DNA from: Camelus ferus
Taxonomy: Eukaryota
Length of the DNA stretch: 64,000 nt
Reading direction: 5' to 3'
NCBI RefSeq assembly: GCF_009834535.1
Contig: NC_045696.1
Location: 39,930,001-39,994,000 of the forward strand
The position numbers were made by a program, and so were the translations under genes. Each line of letters opens with the position of its first letter. Positions within the stretch are counted from its first letter, which is position 1. Shown here piece after piece: positions 53,901 to 64,000 of the stretch. The notes below the pieces were generated by a model. It was not told the DNA's origin. It ran no database searches and worked only from the letters and a program-made list of their open reading frames with translations.

Positions 53901-55560
53901 CAGAGTTTGTAAAAAAAAATAGAAGCAGAAGAAATCAAAAGATTTAGGAATCTCCTTCAAACTCTTTGGTAGCCCCAGATACCCTTGTCTTTGGACATCT
54001 TTGCATGTCTCCCAGGAGATTTTTCTTGGTTTCCCATTCTCCACCAGAGGAACCCCTCAGCCTCATGGTTGGAGCCTACCCTCACTAGGTATAGCTGCCT
54101 TTCTCTGTGGTTTGCACTTCATGGTCCTTGATATCGGCTGCTTGCTTTATTGTTAAGTTGGCCTACTGCCTTCTTGGCAGAGCCTGCAGACTGTCACTCT
54201 GAGCATGATGAGCATAGCTGTAACACCAAAGGTAGTATCTACTTCCATGCCAGTCTGGTCCTCAGACAGGGCACCCCTTTAAAATGTAAAGGCTCCACTA
54301 TGACCACCAGGGTTACTTAGCAATTCTCTGTTTAAGTATATCAAGGCTCCTTGGTTTAGAATTTGGAGGGCAGGAATACCAAAGTCAATTTCAGCAGAAC
54401 AGATGCCTAAGTTCTTACCTCCAACTTCTAGCAGGACCACTATGTGGGTGGTAACTGGCTGAAGCTGTGCGATAGAGTCACCTTCATCTCCCATTTGTTT
54501 TGTATATTATGTTCAGTGAGTGCTTAGTACTTGTCTATGGCAGGAATGAATCAAACAGTCAAAGATAAGTATCTAGTCTGATCTGCCCAGAGTCAAAAAG
54601 AAAGTAAAGTTGTAAAGAATAACTATATTCCAAAATCTAGCCAAAAATTCAGCAACAGAGGAAAAGGGAAGAAATTTGGTTGAAAATAGAACCATGACAA
54701 GATGAAGAAAAAAAAAACTGGAAAAAGAAAGGTTTTGGTGAGAAGGTAGCATGGGAAAAAATGAATTGATTCTTATTTTGGCAGGAAAGAGAACAAGCTG
54801 GAATTGCTGTATAATCTGATGGACACAGTGTGACTATGCATGTCCCAGCTGGTTTTACCTCAGGCTGCTGTGACTGCCCCAAGTTTCTTGAAGTCTGAGC
54901 TTCTGGATTGAAAAATCAGTCTAGACATTTTATTCTCAGACTTTCCAGAGGAAACTCAGATGGTAATATTATCAGCATGTCAAATTGAGAACCTACATGG
55001 TTCTCACCTCATGACAGACATTTAGGCGATGTCCAAGGCAATTCAAAGGAATAAGGGACTATTTCCACTTTCTATGAAAGTAAATGCTTCCCTAAAGTCC
55101 ATTATGTAGGTTGCTAAAAAAAAAAAAAAAAAAAAAAAAAAGCTAATGCAAACTTTTAAAGTGCTTGTTTAAATGCTAATATAAAAACAGGGAACATCAG
55201 AATTTTCACCTTTTCTCTTTGTCATTTCTGCACATATTTACATATTTTTATATTTAAGACAAAAAAAGTCTTGAATTCCAAAGAAAAACATGGAGATATG
55301 GTGAAAAGAACAGAGGACTCAGTGAAGATAAACAGGACTGAGTTTTAAGTCTACCTATGTGATCTGGGACCAGCTACTTAATCTCTCTGGATGCCTATTC
55401 CTTCATTTTAAAAAAGTAAGTGTTGTGTGAATGATCTAGAAGAATTTTCTACCTCGAATACTCATTGATTCCATTTAGGATCGATAGCACAGAGTTACCC
55501 TTTTTATGTACTAGATCTGGTAATGAGTATTAAGTATTTTTTAATGGAGAAGCAAGATAC

Positions 55561-55889
55561 TGTTAAATTAAATAAACGAGGAAGCCACACTGAGGCGGTT
55601 CTAGTGCCATGGTGGCCTATGTAAACAAACCAAAATTTAAGCCTATAAAATGCTTAAGGGCTACAAAACCAAAACCTAAGGACAATCACACACAGTCAAC
55701 TAGGCTTTAAGCTGTAGCCAATCCAATAATCTTTCTTTGCTTCTATACATTCTCTATGTAAGTCTTTCCCCTGGCTCCTGTCAGCAGAGCACTCCTAAAT
55801 ACTTCTGGTTTGGTGCTTCCTGATTGAAATTGATTTTTGCTTAAATAAACTCTAAAATTTTTAAATATACCTTAGTTTATCTTTTAACA
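55561..55889 (+). mobile_element. ERV solo LTR (ERV1, MER34/MER39-like)
   Basis: TGTTAAA...TTTAACA termini, 4-bp flanks ATAC/ATAT, and AATAAA near 55844. Confidence 0.78.
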
Positions 55890-56178
55890 ATATTAAAGGC
55901 CTAATCTGGATTTTGTGTTACCTTGAGAAGTATTGTAATCAAATGTAAATTATACTTCAATAAAATTTTACATTTTTAGCTAGAGAGACTATACAAATTA
56001 AACTTCTGATAAGCATTTTTTGGGTAAATTAATAAAAATAATTACTGACTTTCTTGCTTTGAATAATGAAAAATTTCAAGATGGGCAAACCATATTATAA
56101 ATGTGTATATATTTCTGCCAGACTTGTCTCTTACATGAATAAAAATAAATGGAGGTCGTTTGTGAAAGTCACAGAATT

Positions 56179-56666
56179 TGTACTTTGCTAGTTGAAGTAA
56201 AGGGAATGAGGTATTTGAGAGATAGTGAGACAGGAGGTGGGGGGCAGGGCATAACCACTGAAGGAATGACAGAGCAACTGAGGACAAGACAAACTGGTTA
56301 GAACCAGGATGGCAAAAGATTCAACTTCCAATGGACCTTGAGCTTCATGACACATCCACGGGCACCATGACATTTCCTTGATGGACCATAAGAGTCAAAA
56401 AGTAGGTGGGGGTGAGGGGTCTAATTCCTGCAAATACCTGTCCCTTCCCCAACATAGTTGGAATAATCCTACCACTCTTTAGCACATGAAATTACTGAGC
56501 CCATAAAAACTGCACTTGTGGTCGCTTTCTCTCTTGCCTTCTGAGATGGCCCACACTCTTGTCTATGGAGTGTGTATCTCCCTGAATAAACTTCTTTTCA
56601 TTTTATTATGCCTCACTCTTGAATTCTTTCCTGTGTGAGACAAGAACCTATTCTCCAGTAACAACA
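56179..56666 (+). mobile_element. ERV1 solo LTR (MER41-like 3' part)
   Basis: TG...CA bounded by GAATT direct repeats (56174-56178 and 56667-56671). Contains cataaaa, AATAAA near 56585, and U5 text tgaattctttcctgtgtgagacaagaacc..ccagtaaca. The 5' boundary is less certain. Confidence 0.72.
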
Positions 56667-57280
56667 GAATTCTTCTGATATATCCAACAATACTTTGAGG
56701 ATACTATGTTGGGTACTTAGTTGATGGTGATGAACAAAACGGGCCTGGTCTCTGCTGCCACAGAGCCTACAGTGAAGTTATTTCTAGTCTCTGCATATCT
56801 ACCACCTTACTTTTTGGTAGAACTCAGAGACACAGAATATAAACCACAGATATTAGGAAAGTTTCCTCATACTCCCAAGTTAGCTTATGAAATGGCATGA
56901 TAAAAATTCAAGTCTAGTAATATACTGTGTGGACTCCAATGTGCTGTCACTTAGTCTAACAAAGGTAGGTTAGGGGGGATAGTAGGAGATATATGAGTCC
57001 TCAAAGGGACCCCCAGTAAAACATATGGCTCTTCCAAAAGCAAACAGTCAGAATCATCTGTATCATTTTAATGAAACTGTGAGGACCAGTAATGCATAGT
57101 CTATTTTAAAGTCACCTCTATGCAAAGAGAATTGGCCAGGAGGGAATTCCAAAGTAAGTACATTATTGATGGTGCCAGAACCCAAGTCATTAACATTTGA
57201 CCTCTACTAAATTGCTTTGTTATAAAATTAATTAAATAGTTCAAATAGTTCTTGTCTGACCTTCCTTCTTTCTCTACCAC

Positions 57281-57454
57281 ATAGTTACCAAAAATAGTAT
57301 AAAAAAAAAAATTCAAGGATGCCCAGGTAAATTTAAATTTCAGATAAACAACAAATATGATTTTAGGATAAGTATGTCCCATGCAATATCTGGCTCATAC
57401 TTACATTAAAAGTCAAATTTGACTGGGCATCCTGTATTTCATCTAGCCATGCTA
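57281..57454. mobile_element. MER53 palindromic hAT MITE (partial deletion in the right arm)
   Basis: aggatgcccaggtaaatttaaatttcagataaacaacaaa..taagtatgtcccatgcaatat..catactta..aaatttgactgggcatcctgtattt matches the MER53 palindrome as I recall it. Confidence 0.85.
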
Positions 57455-58769
57455 CTACCACAGGCCACCTCTCTACCATGGTTTGCCTGAGAAACATTCT
57501 ACATGTGTATTTTTATTACAGACCAAAACACTGACTCTAATTTGAAGGTTGGAGAAATCCCCTCTCTGAAGATCCTCAGGCCTAATAAATACCAAATTTG
57601 TCAGAAAATATTTCATTAAATCCTTTCCTGCAGTAGCAGAGTGGCCTAGGTGGCTTCTGTGAATCCCCTTCAACCTGACATTTTTAAGTCTCTAAGTCAC
57701 ATGATGATAAAATCATAAGCTTTCTGAAGCTTCATGAAGGCAAGGATGGTATGTATCTCCCCAGTGCCTGGCACAATACTTAAAAGAAGTGCTAACCACA
57801 GTAAGCATTCAGTAAATATATATCGGATAAGTAAAGAAGAGGAAAAAAAAAAAATCCCTGAAATCTGCTATGCCAGAAATAACAAACTAGAGCAGATGTT
57901 TGTTTTCAGCTATGAACCCAGAAGCACATGGCCCCACAGACCCTTTACAGCTACAGTATTACATTTGTGGCTGAAGCTGCATTCTATGGTGATACATGCG
58001 GGTTTCTAGAAGGCCTAAGGCTCTCTGGACAGGTTGAGCCAAACCAGAGGGTGTTTGTTTTTTTTTTTTCCAGGTGCCATGAAGGGGCTGCCAAAAGGTA
58101 ATATTTTGACTCCTAAACTTAAATCCTTTTATGGCCCCACTAGGCTACCTGGGTATTTTCTTAATCCACAGTGGGAGGCTTTTGGGAGCACTTAAGAGAC
58201 TTAAATTGGGGTTTGCAAAGGAGAATTTGTTTATGACTAACAAATATCATTTTGACCTCAAAAAATACAAAAAGAGTAATCAAGAAAGAAGATAAAACTC
58301 ATTAATTTATATTTAATTTGGCCTTCACTCAGCTATTGGGGAAATTTTGAGGCTTTTCCAGATTTGCCTTTTTAAAAGGATCTCCAAGGGGGAAAGACTT
58401 AATATTTCAATAATGCTTCTGTTTTCAAACTTTCCCCAACAGAAATTTAAAAATAGAAGAAAGAAAATATAGAATTCTTTCCCATGGTCCTTTAGGCAAT
58501 GATGCATGTTTCAAGACTATTTTTAATCAAAAAAAAAAAAAAAAAAAGGGCTCATCTTAACTTGAAATTAGGTGTCAGATTTCTACCAGAAATTATTATC
58601 CCCCTCTCTTTCTCTCATGTATGTTGGGGGAGGGGGGTGTGGTAAGAGTAAAATTTGCATGTTTCCATCATAAAGCATATGTCTGTTGAGTTGCTTTTTC
58701 CACTGGCACTACCTGAAACATTTAATACATACTGAGCAGTCAAAATGAGAATAAGGCTTCTGAAGCAAA

Positions 58770-59020
58770 TTTGTAAAAAACAGAAAGTAAAATGGTATTT
58801 TCCAGGGACAGAAGGGAGGGGGAAATGAGGAGCTGTTATTTAATGGGTATAAATGGAGTTTCAGTTTTGCAAGATGAAAAAGTTCTGGAAGTTCTGTTGC
58901 ATAACAACGTGAATATGCTCAACATTACTGAATTGTACATTTCAAAATGCTTAAAGTGACAAATTTTATGTTACATGCTTTATACCACCATTCAGAAAAA
59001 TGACAAAAATTCAAAATATG
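58770..59020 (+). mobile_element. Old L1 3' UTR end
   Basis: gtttcagttttgcaagatgaaaaagttctgga..caacgtgaatatgctcaacattactgaattgtacattt..aaattttatgttacatg. Confidence 0.8.
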
Positions 59021-59649
59021 TTAATCATTAAGAATCCTAGCAGGATTGGGAGTAAAACCTAAATCTTTATATACAGCTTAGATACGTGTTTTCTGAGTTA
59101 CATATGAAGTAATCATACCAAAATTACGTCATTTTTTTTTGAACCACATACCAGGCATGAAGTACTAAAGATACGAAAGCAAATGAGATATCTTTCCTTG
59201 AGTGGGTGGCAGTCAGGAGAAGAATATAAACTAATTATTATGAACAAAAATCATAAAATTTTTAAGTTATATTTTTCTATGCATTAGAAAATCATTTGTG
59301 GAAATGTAAGGTCATTCAGTTTTTCAAGTATTTGCTAAATCTCTTTACATAAGAGACAATCTTTTTTTCTCAAGTAGCTTTCAATAGAGTAGTAAAGATA
59401 CAACATCAATAACTTTGTTCAAAACTTTCTTACTTTATATTATGCTTTTACATTTCCTTGGGAAGATTTCAGTTTTCTTATTAATAAAATAGTACTGCTG
59501 TAAGCCTTAAGTGAAGGGGTGTGTGTGCGTGTGTGTGCACCTGCGCGTGCATGCATATGCATGCATATGCATGTGTGTTCACAGATTAACATAATGCCTG
59601 GCATACTGAAAACTTTTGGTTAATAGTAACCATAATTATTGCCATCAAG

Positions 59650-59790
59650 TTCCTCATTTGACTGTTATCACAACCCTGGGATGGAGAGGAGAGTTCTGAG
59701 ATTCAGGGAGATTAGGTGCTTTTCCAAGAATCACATAGCCTGGAGGTTCCAGAATCAGATCTTGACTTTTGCCTTCTGACTTCAGGTGTC
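59650..59790 (-). mobile_element. MIR SINE
   Basis: ctgagattcagggagattaggtgcttttccaagaatcacatagc..tctgacttca. Confidence 0.65.
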
Positions 59791-59956
59791 TTTCATTATA
59801 GTAAGCTTTCTTCAGAATTTTCCAAATTGAAGAAAAGACATGTGTCATCAAATTAAAGTGTATCTGAATTGCAAGCAGGATTTAAAAACATTACATACCT
59901 AGGTTTGTTTTAATGAAACTTCAAAGCATCAAAGATAAAGAAAAAAAATCTTAAAA

Positions 59957-60575
59957 TGAGGTGGGAAACCTCATGAAAAAGACCTGCAGGACCCCCAGGC
60001 AGGGCCATTACTCTCCTGCCAGCACCATCCGGTTCCCTGGCTCAGCAGCATTATCTCACTTTTTGCCTCTGAAACGGCTTACTTCTAAGAAAGTGGAACT
60101 TACCCCTAAGATTCTATTGGTTCCCTGAGCTAACTCCTGATTAGTCCATTTGTAGCGCTTCATTTTCAAGGAGCTCACTACTGATTGGTCTGTTCCTAAC
60201 ACTCCTGATTGGCCCATTTCTACCACTCCTAATTGGTCCATTTCTGCCACTCCTGATTGGTCCATTTCTACCACTCCTGATTGGTCCATTTCTACAAGCT
60301 TGTTCGTAATTAGTCACCCTTGTTATACCTTATTTGCATATGATGTTACAAAATGTTGCAAAGTCTACACTGGTAGCCTATAAAAGCCTGTGTAAACCTA
60401 CAGACGGGGTCCAGAGTTTGGAGTGTTAACTCCTTTGGGCCTGCTGGCATAATAAACATTGAGTTCTCCAACCCTCCATGTGCTGCTTGGTCTCTCACCT
60501 GAATCCAGGTTGCTGTCTCAACTGAGCCAAAACACTGAGCCATAACACTGAGCTGTAACACACTTTGCTGCAACA
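59957..60575 (+). mobile_element. ERV solo LTR with a tandem CCAAT-box array in U3
   Basis: TG...CA termini with an AAAA TSD. It splits an old L1/HAL1 ORF1 (KILK|..REKRQIIY). Contains 24-bp repeats, octamer ATTTGCAT at 60332-60339, TATAAAA at 60379-60385 and AATAAA at 60451-60456. Confidence 0.88.
60176..60295. repeat. Five tandem 24-bp units, consensus CACTCCTGATTGGTCCATTTCTAC
   Basis: Units start at 60176, 60200, 60224, 60248 and 60272. The period is reflected in the 8-aa repeat of ORF 60056-60289 (MDQSGVVE). Confidence 0.95.
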
Positions 60576-61199
60576 AAAAGTGACCCCAGAGAAAAGACAG
60601 ATTATCTACAACTGAATAATCATTAGACTGACTTCATTATTTATCACCAGAAATAGGAGAGGCCAGTAAAATTTGGAGCACATCTTCAAAAGGCTGAGGG
60701 ATACTAACTCACTCCAGAACGGAGCGATGCTTCGCTATTTTTCCAATAGTGAGAACAAAACAAAGACACTGAAATATAGAAGGACTTCCAAAATTCACCA
60801 CAGATAGATTCTTAATTTTAAAAAATGCTTAAAAAAGATTTGTCAGCAAAGAGAGAAGTGAACTTAAAGGGAAGGAAAGCAGTAGCAAAACCAAATTTTA
60901 AAATGGATTCTACTAAATATATTGATACATATAATTTTTTCAAAAATATCTAATTAACCTTTTCCTCAGTTTTAAACATCTAAACAAACACTTTGCAAAA
61001 ATTAAAATACAATGGGATTTTAATTGATACCTAAAGTGAATTAAGATCCATGTGTTGTGGAGGAAGGTAAAATAGTCATCTTTGTTAGAAAATGTGATAT
61101 TTAAATCTACATGTTAAAAGAGTGAGAGTGACAACCCCCAAAAAATAAATATAGTTCATGGTGTCCAAACTAGCAGAGGAAAAAAAATTTATACATGAT

Positions 61200-64000
61200 G
61201 GTTAAATTTATAAAAAAGAAAAGCAGAACCAATGAAATGCTACCCAAAGTGGAACTGATATGGTAATAATAGTATCGTACAAAATAGAATTAAAGGCAAA
61301 AAGCACTGATGGAAATGTAGGGAGTCAATAATAGAAAGAATAATTCTGCAACTAATCATAACATGTGTAAGCTTATATATATCTAATAAAATAGTCTTAA
61401 AATACAAAAAGCAAAAACTGGCAGTAGTAGTATAGTATTGGACCAGTGTGGACAATGGAGTCAGACTTACTGGGTTTAAACCTTGGCTGTACCAATTACT
61501 AGCTTTGCGAACTTCATCTTGTAACTTCTTTGTCCCTCAGTTTCTTGAAATTTCTTGAAATTAAGGGACAAGGAAAATGTTTCAACTATTTCCAATAATT
61601 TATATTATAAAACAGTATCTTCTTACCACAATGCATTAAATATTTAATAAAAATAAAACAGTTATTTTAGGAAAGTTGATATATTCTCATATGTAAAGTA
61701 TGAGTAAAAGAAAAGATTACAATAGAAATTAGAGAATATTTATCACTTAATAAAAATAAAAGCACTACATATAAAAACCTGTGAGAAGCTGGTATTGCAG
61801 TAGAGGGAAATTTATAGACATAAATGCCTTTATTAAAAATATTGACTGAAAACAATTCAGACAATAGTTTAACTGAGAATAGAACAAATCAAATGAAAGG
61901 TGAAGCAAAGAAAAACTAACGATAGTAATAGAGAACAATAAAATCAACAAAACGAATACTATATCTTTTAAAGAAAGAAAGTAAGCTGACCTGATCAATA
62001 GAAGAGAAAAAGAATATCAAAAATAATAATGGAAAAAGGGACTGGAAATGGTAAAAAGAGAAATGGTAATATTTCCATGGAATTTTTTAAGTATTATAAA
62101 AACATTATGGAGAAATTATGCCAATAAACTTGTAGACTTAGATGAAATTGAGAACTTTCCAGACAAACATAAGTTGGCAAAATTGCCTGAGGAAGAAACA
62201 ATAACCATTAAATAAGTTAAGTAAATTATATAATCTTATCTTAGCTAAAAATACCAAACTTTTAGGAACAAATGATTCAAACCATATAAAAATGCTTCAG
62301 AGAATAGCTAATGAGGGGAAATTACCCAGCTAGTTTTATGAGACAAACATGTTTATACCCAAAGCAGACATGAACAATAAAAGAAACAAAATCTTGTAAA
62401 TAGATGAAAAAATTCAATAAATTTTAAGTCATTTATGACAATTTTTTAGCAAATTAGGAATAGGAGAATTTCTGAAACTTATCTACAGTAAACACCACAC
62501 TTAAATGTAAAACTTTAGAAGCATTCCGATTAAACTCAGGAACAATATGAGGATGCCTATTACTTCTTCTAACAAACAATGCACTGGAAATCCAAGGCAA
62601 ACTATAAGGTAAGTTTAAAAAAAAAAAAAGTAAGAAGTATAACAAGTGCAAAAATTAGCAAAATTACCTTTATTGAGAAAATACTGGTTATAAAATCCAA
62701 GAACATTTACAAGCAATTGGGACTAATAAGAGAATACTCAGCAAGTTTGCCAGATATGAGATCAATATATGAAAATCAATAGCATCCCTCCATACGGACA
62801 GTCACTAATGAGTAAAATGGCAGTAAAGTACTTACTAATAATAAGATAATAAAAAGCAGGAAAGCACCTTTTAATAAGCCTATCAAAAGCTGTATAGTAA
62901 ATTTTTGACAGAGCAAGCTATAAATTTGAATAAAATTTTAAAGCACTGAATAAAGAGAAAAGTATGCCAAGACAATACATCCAAAAGATATCAGTTCACT
63001 CTAATTCATTCTACAATTTTTATCCAGTTTTGACTGTAATCCCAGAAAGAATGTGTGTGCTTGTTTAATGGAACTTGCCAAATGTCAGCCATGGGAGGCT
63101 GGAGAGGGACCCGAGGAGGTGAGCTGCCCAACTGGAAGAAGGTACGAGGAGCCGGCATAACGCGCAAGGATCTGACATGGAGCAAAACAGCCCTTCATTG
63201 ACATACAAGAGAGTGGCACGCACTCAGGCGTATGCACTCCTCCTTTTATTATGCCCACGCATGCATATTGCTCATAATGCTTACTCATGCTACTAGCACA
63301 TGCGTACATTTACTTCTTACCTCACACACAAGCAAGTTATTGTGAACTTTGACCTGGATCCCACGACCTACTCACTTAAGACTACCGACACCACGTTTAT
63401 TCTAAAAGTCATATAAATGAATAAAAATCTAAGATTAAGTAAGAAATTTAGAAAAAAATTAGAAACAAAGAGAATAGCAAGGTATTTTAATGCTGAAGTA
63501 AATAAAATAGTGTAAAGCAGAAACTGAAATAAACTGACAGTGTCAGAGAAAAGAGACAAGAAACATATTCATACATATATTGATGTATGAAAGAGAGGTG
63601 ATATTACAAATCAGTGAGAAAACAATAATTTTTCACAAGTATTCTGAGAATTGGGTATCCAAATAAAAAACTATTACCAAATATTTGAAAGCCCTAAGTA
63701 TGAAAAGCAAAACTAAACCTTTTAAAAGAAAATATAGAATATGTTTATGATCTTGAAGTTAGGAAGGAGATATAAGACCTAAAATGCAAAATTCATTAAG
63801 TAAAAACTGACACATTTGTCTACATTATAATTAAAACTTTGTATTTAATAAAAAGTTAAAGAAAGCCACAGAATGGGAATTTATATTCACATGGGGTTTT
63901 ATCAATAAAGATTTTATTTTCAGAACATATAAATATTTACAAATAAATAAGAAAAAAATAACAACCCAACCTATATAAAGACCAATAATATACATGAACA
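61200..64000 (+). mobile_element. Old degraded LINE-1 ORF2, with a MIR (about 61425-61570) and an LTR inserted
   Basis: Degenerate ORF2 motifs in order: ttatgccaataaacttgtagacttagatgaaattga, ttttatgagacaaac, gcattccgattaaactcaggaacaa..ggatgccta, and C-terminal region motifs. Confidence 0.8.
63083..63390 (-). mobile_element. Short CpG-rich LTR-like insertion (308 bp)
   Basis: Near-inverted termini TGTCAG...CCGACA interrupt the host L1 at gaacttgccaa|..tttattctaaaa. Flanks are CCAAA and CCACG. It is GC/CpG-rich against an AT-rich host. Strand is inferred from ATAATAAAA on the minus strand. Confidence 0.7.

Noticed and set aside
60056..60295. Repeat protein (MDQSGVVE)n or a CRISPR-like array
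   Set aside because: The units are contiguous 24-bp tandem repeats without unique spacers, inside an LTR U3 in a mammalian context.

Overview
This is 64 kb of AT-rich, repeat-dense mammalian genomic DNA, most likely from a camelid (alpaca, llama or camel). That assignment is an inference from two tRNA-Ala-derived Vic-1-type SINEs and the young artiodactyl-type L1 3' ends. I found no intact protein-coding gene, and the ORF track is explained by L1, L2, LTR and microsatellite sequence or by chance. The window holds L1 copies of several ages, including nested, internally deleted, 5'-inverted and very short TSD-flanked insertions. It also holds old L2, MIR and MaLR/ERVL relics, a MER53 MITE, and six ERV solo LTRs between 45.9 and 63.4 kb, one carrying a tandem 24-bp CCAAT array. 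The most notable non-TE feature is a heavily decayed gamma-actin (ACTG1) processed pseudogene at about 21.7-22.3 kb with an inverted middle segment and several deletions. A few plus-strand exon-like segments in unique DNA may belong to a lncRNA or a decayed gene that I could not identify. I see no convincing evidence of a new biological system. Repeat subfamily names come from recognition by eye, and boundaries without stated TSDs are approximate.
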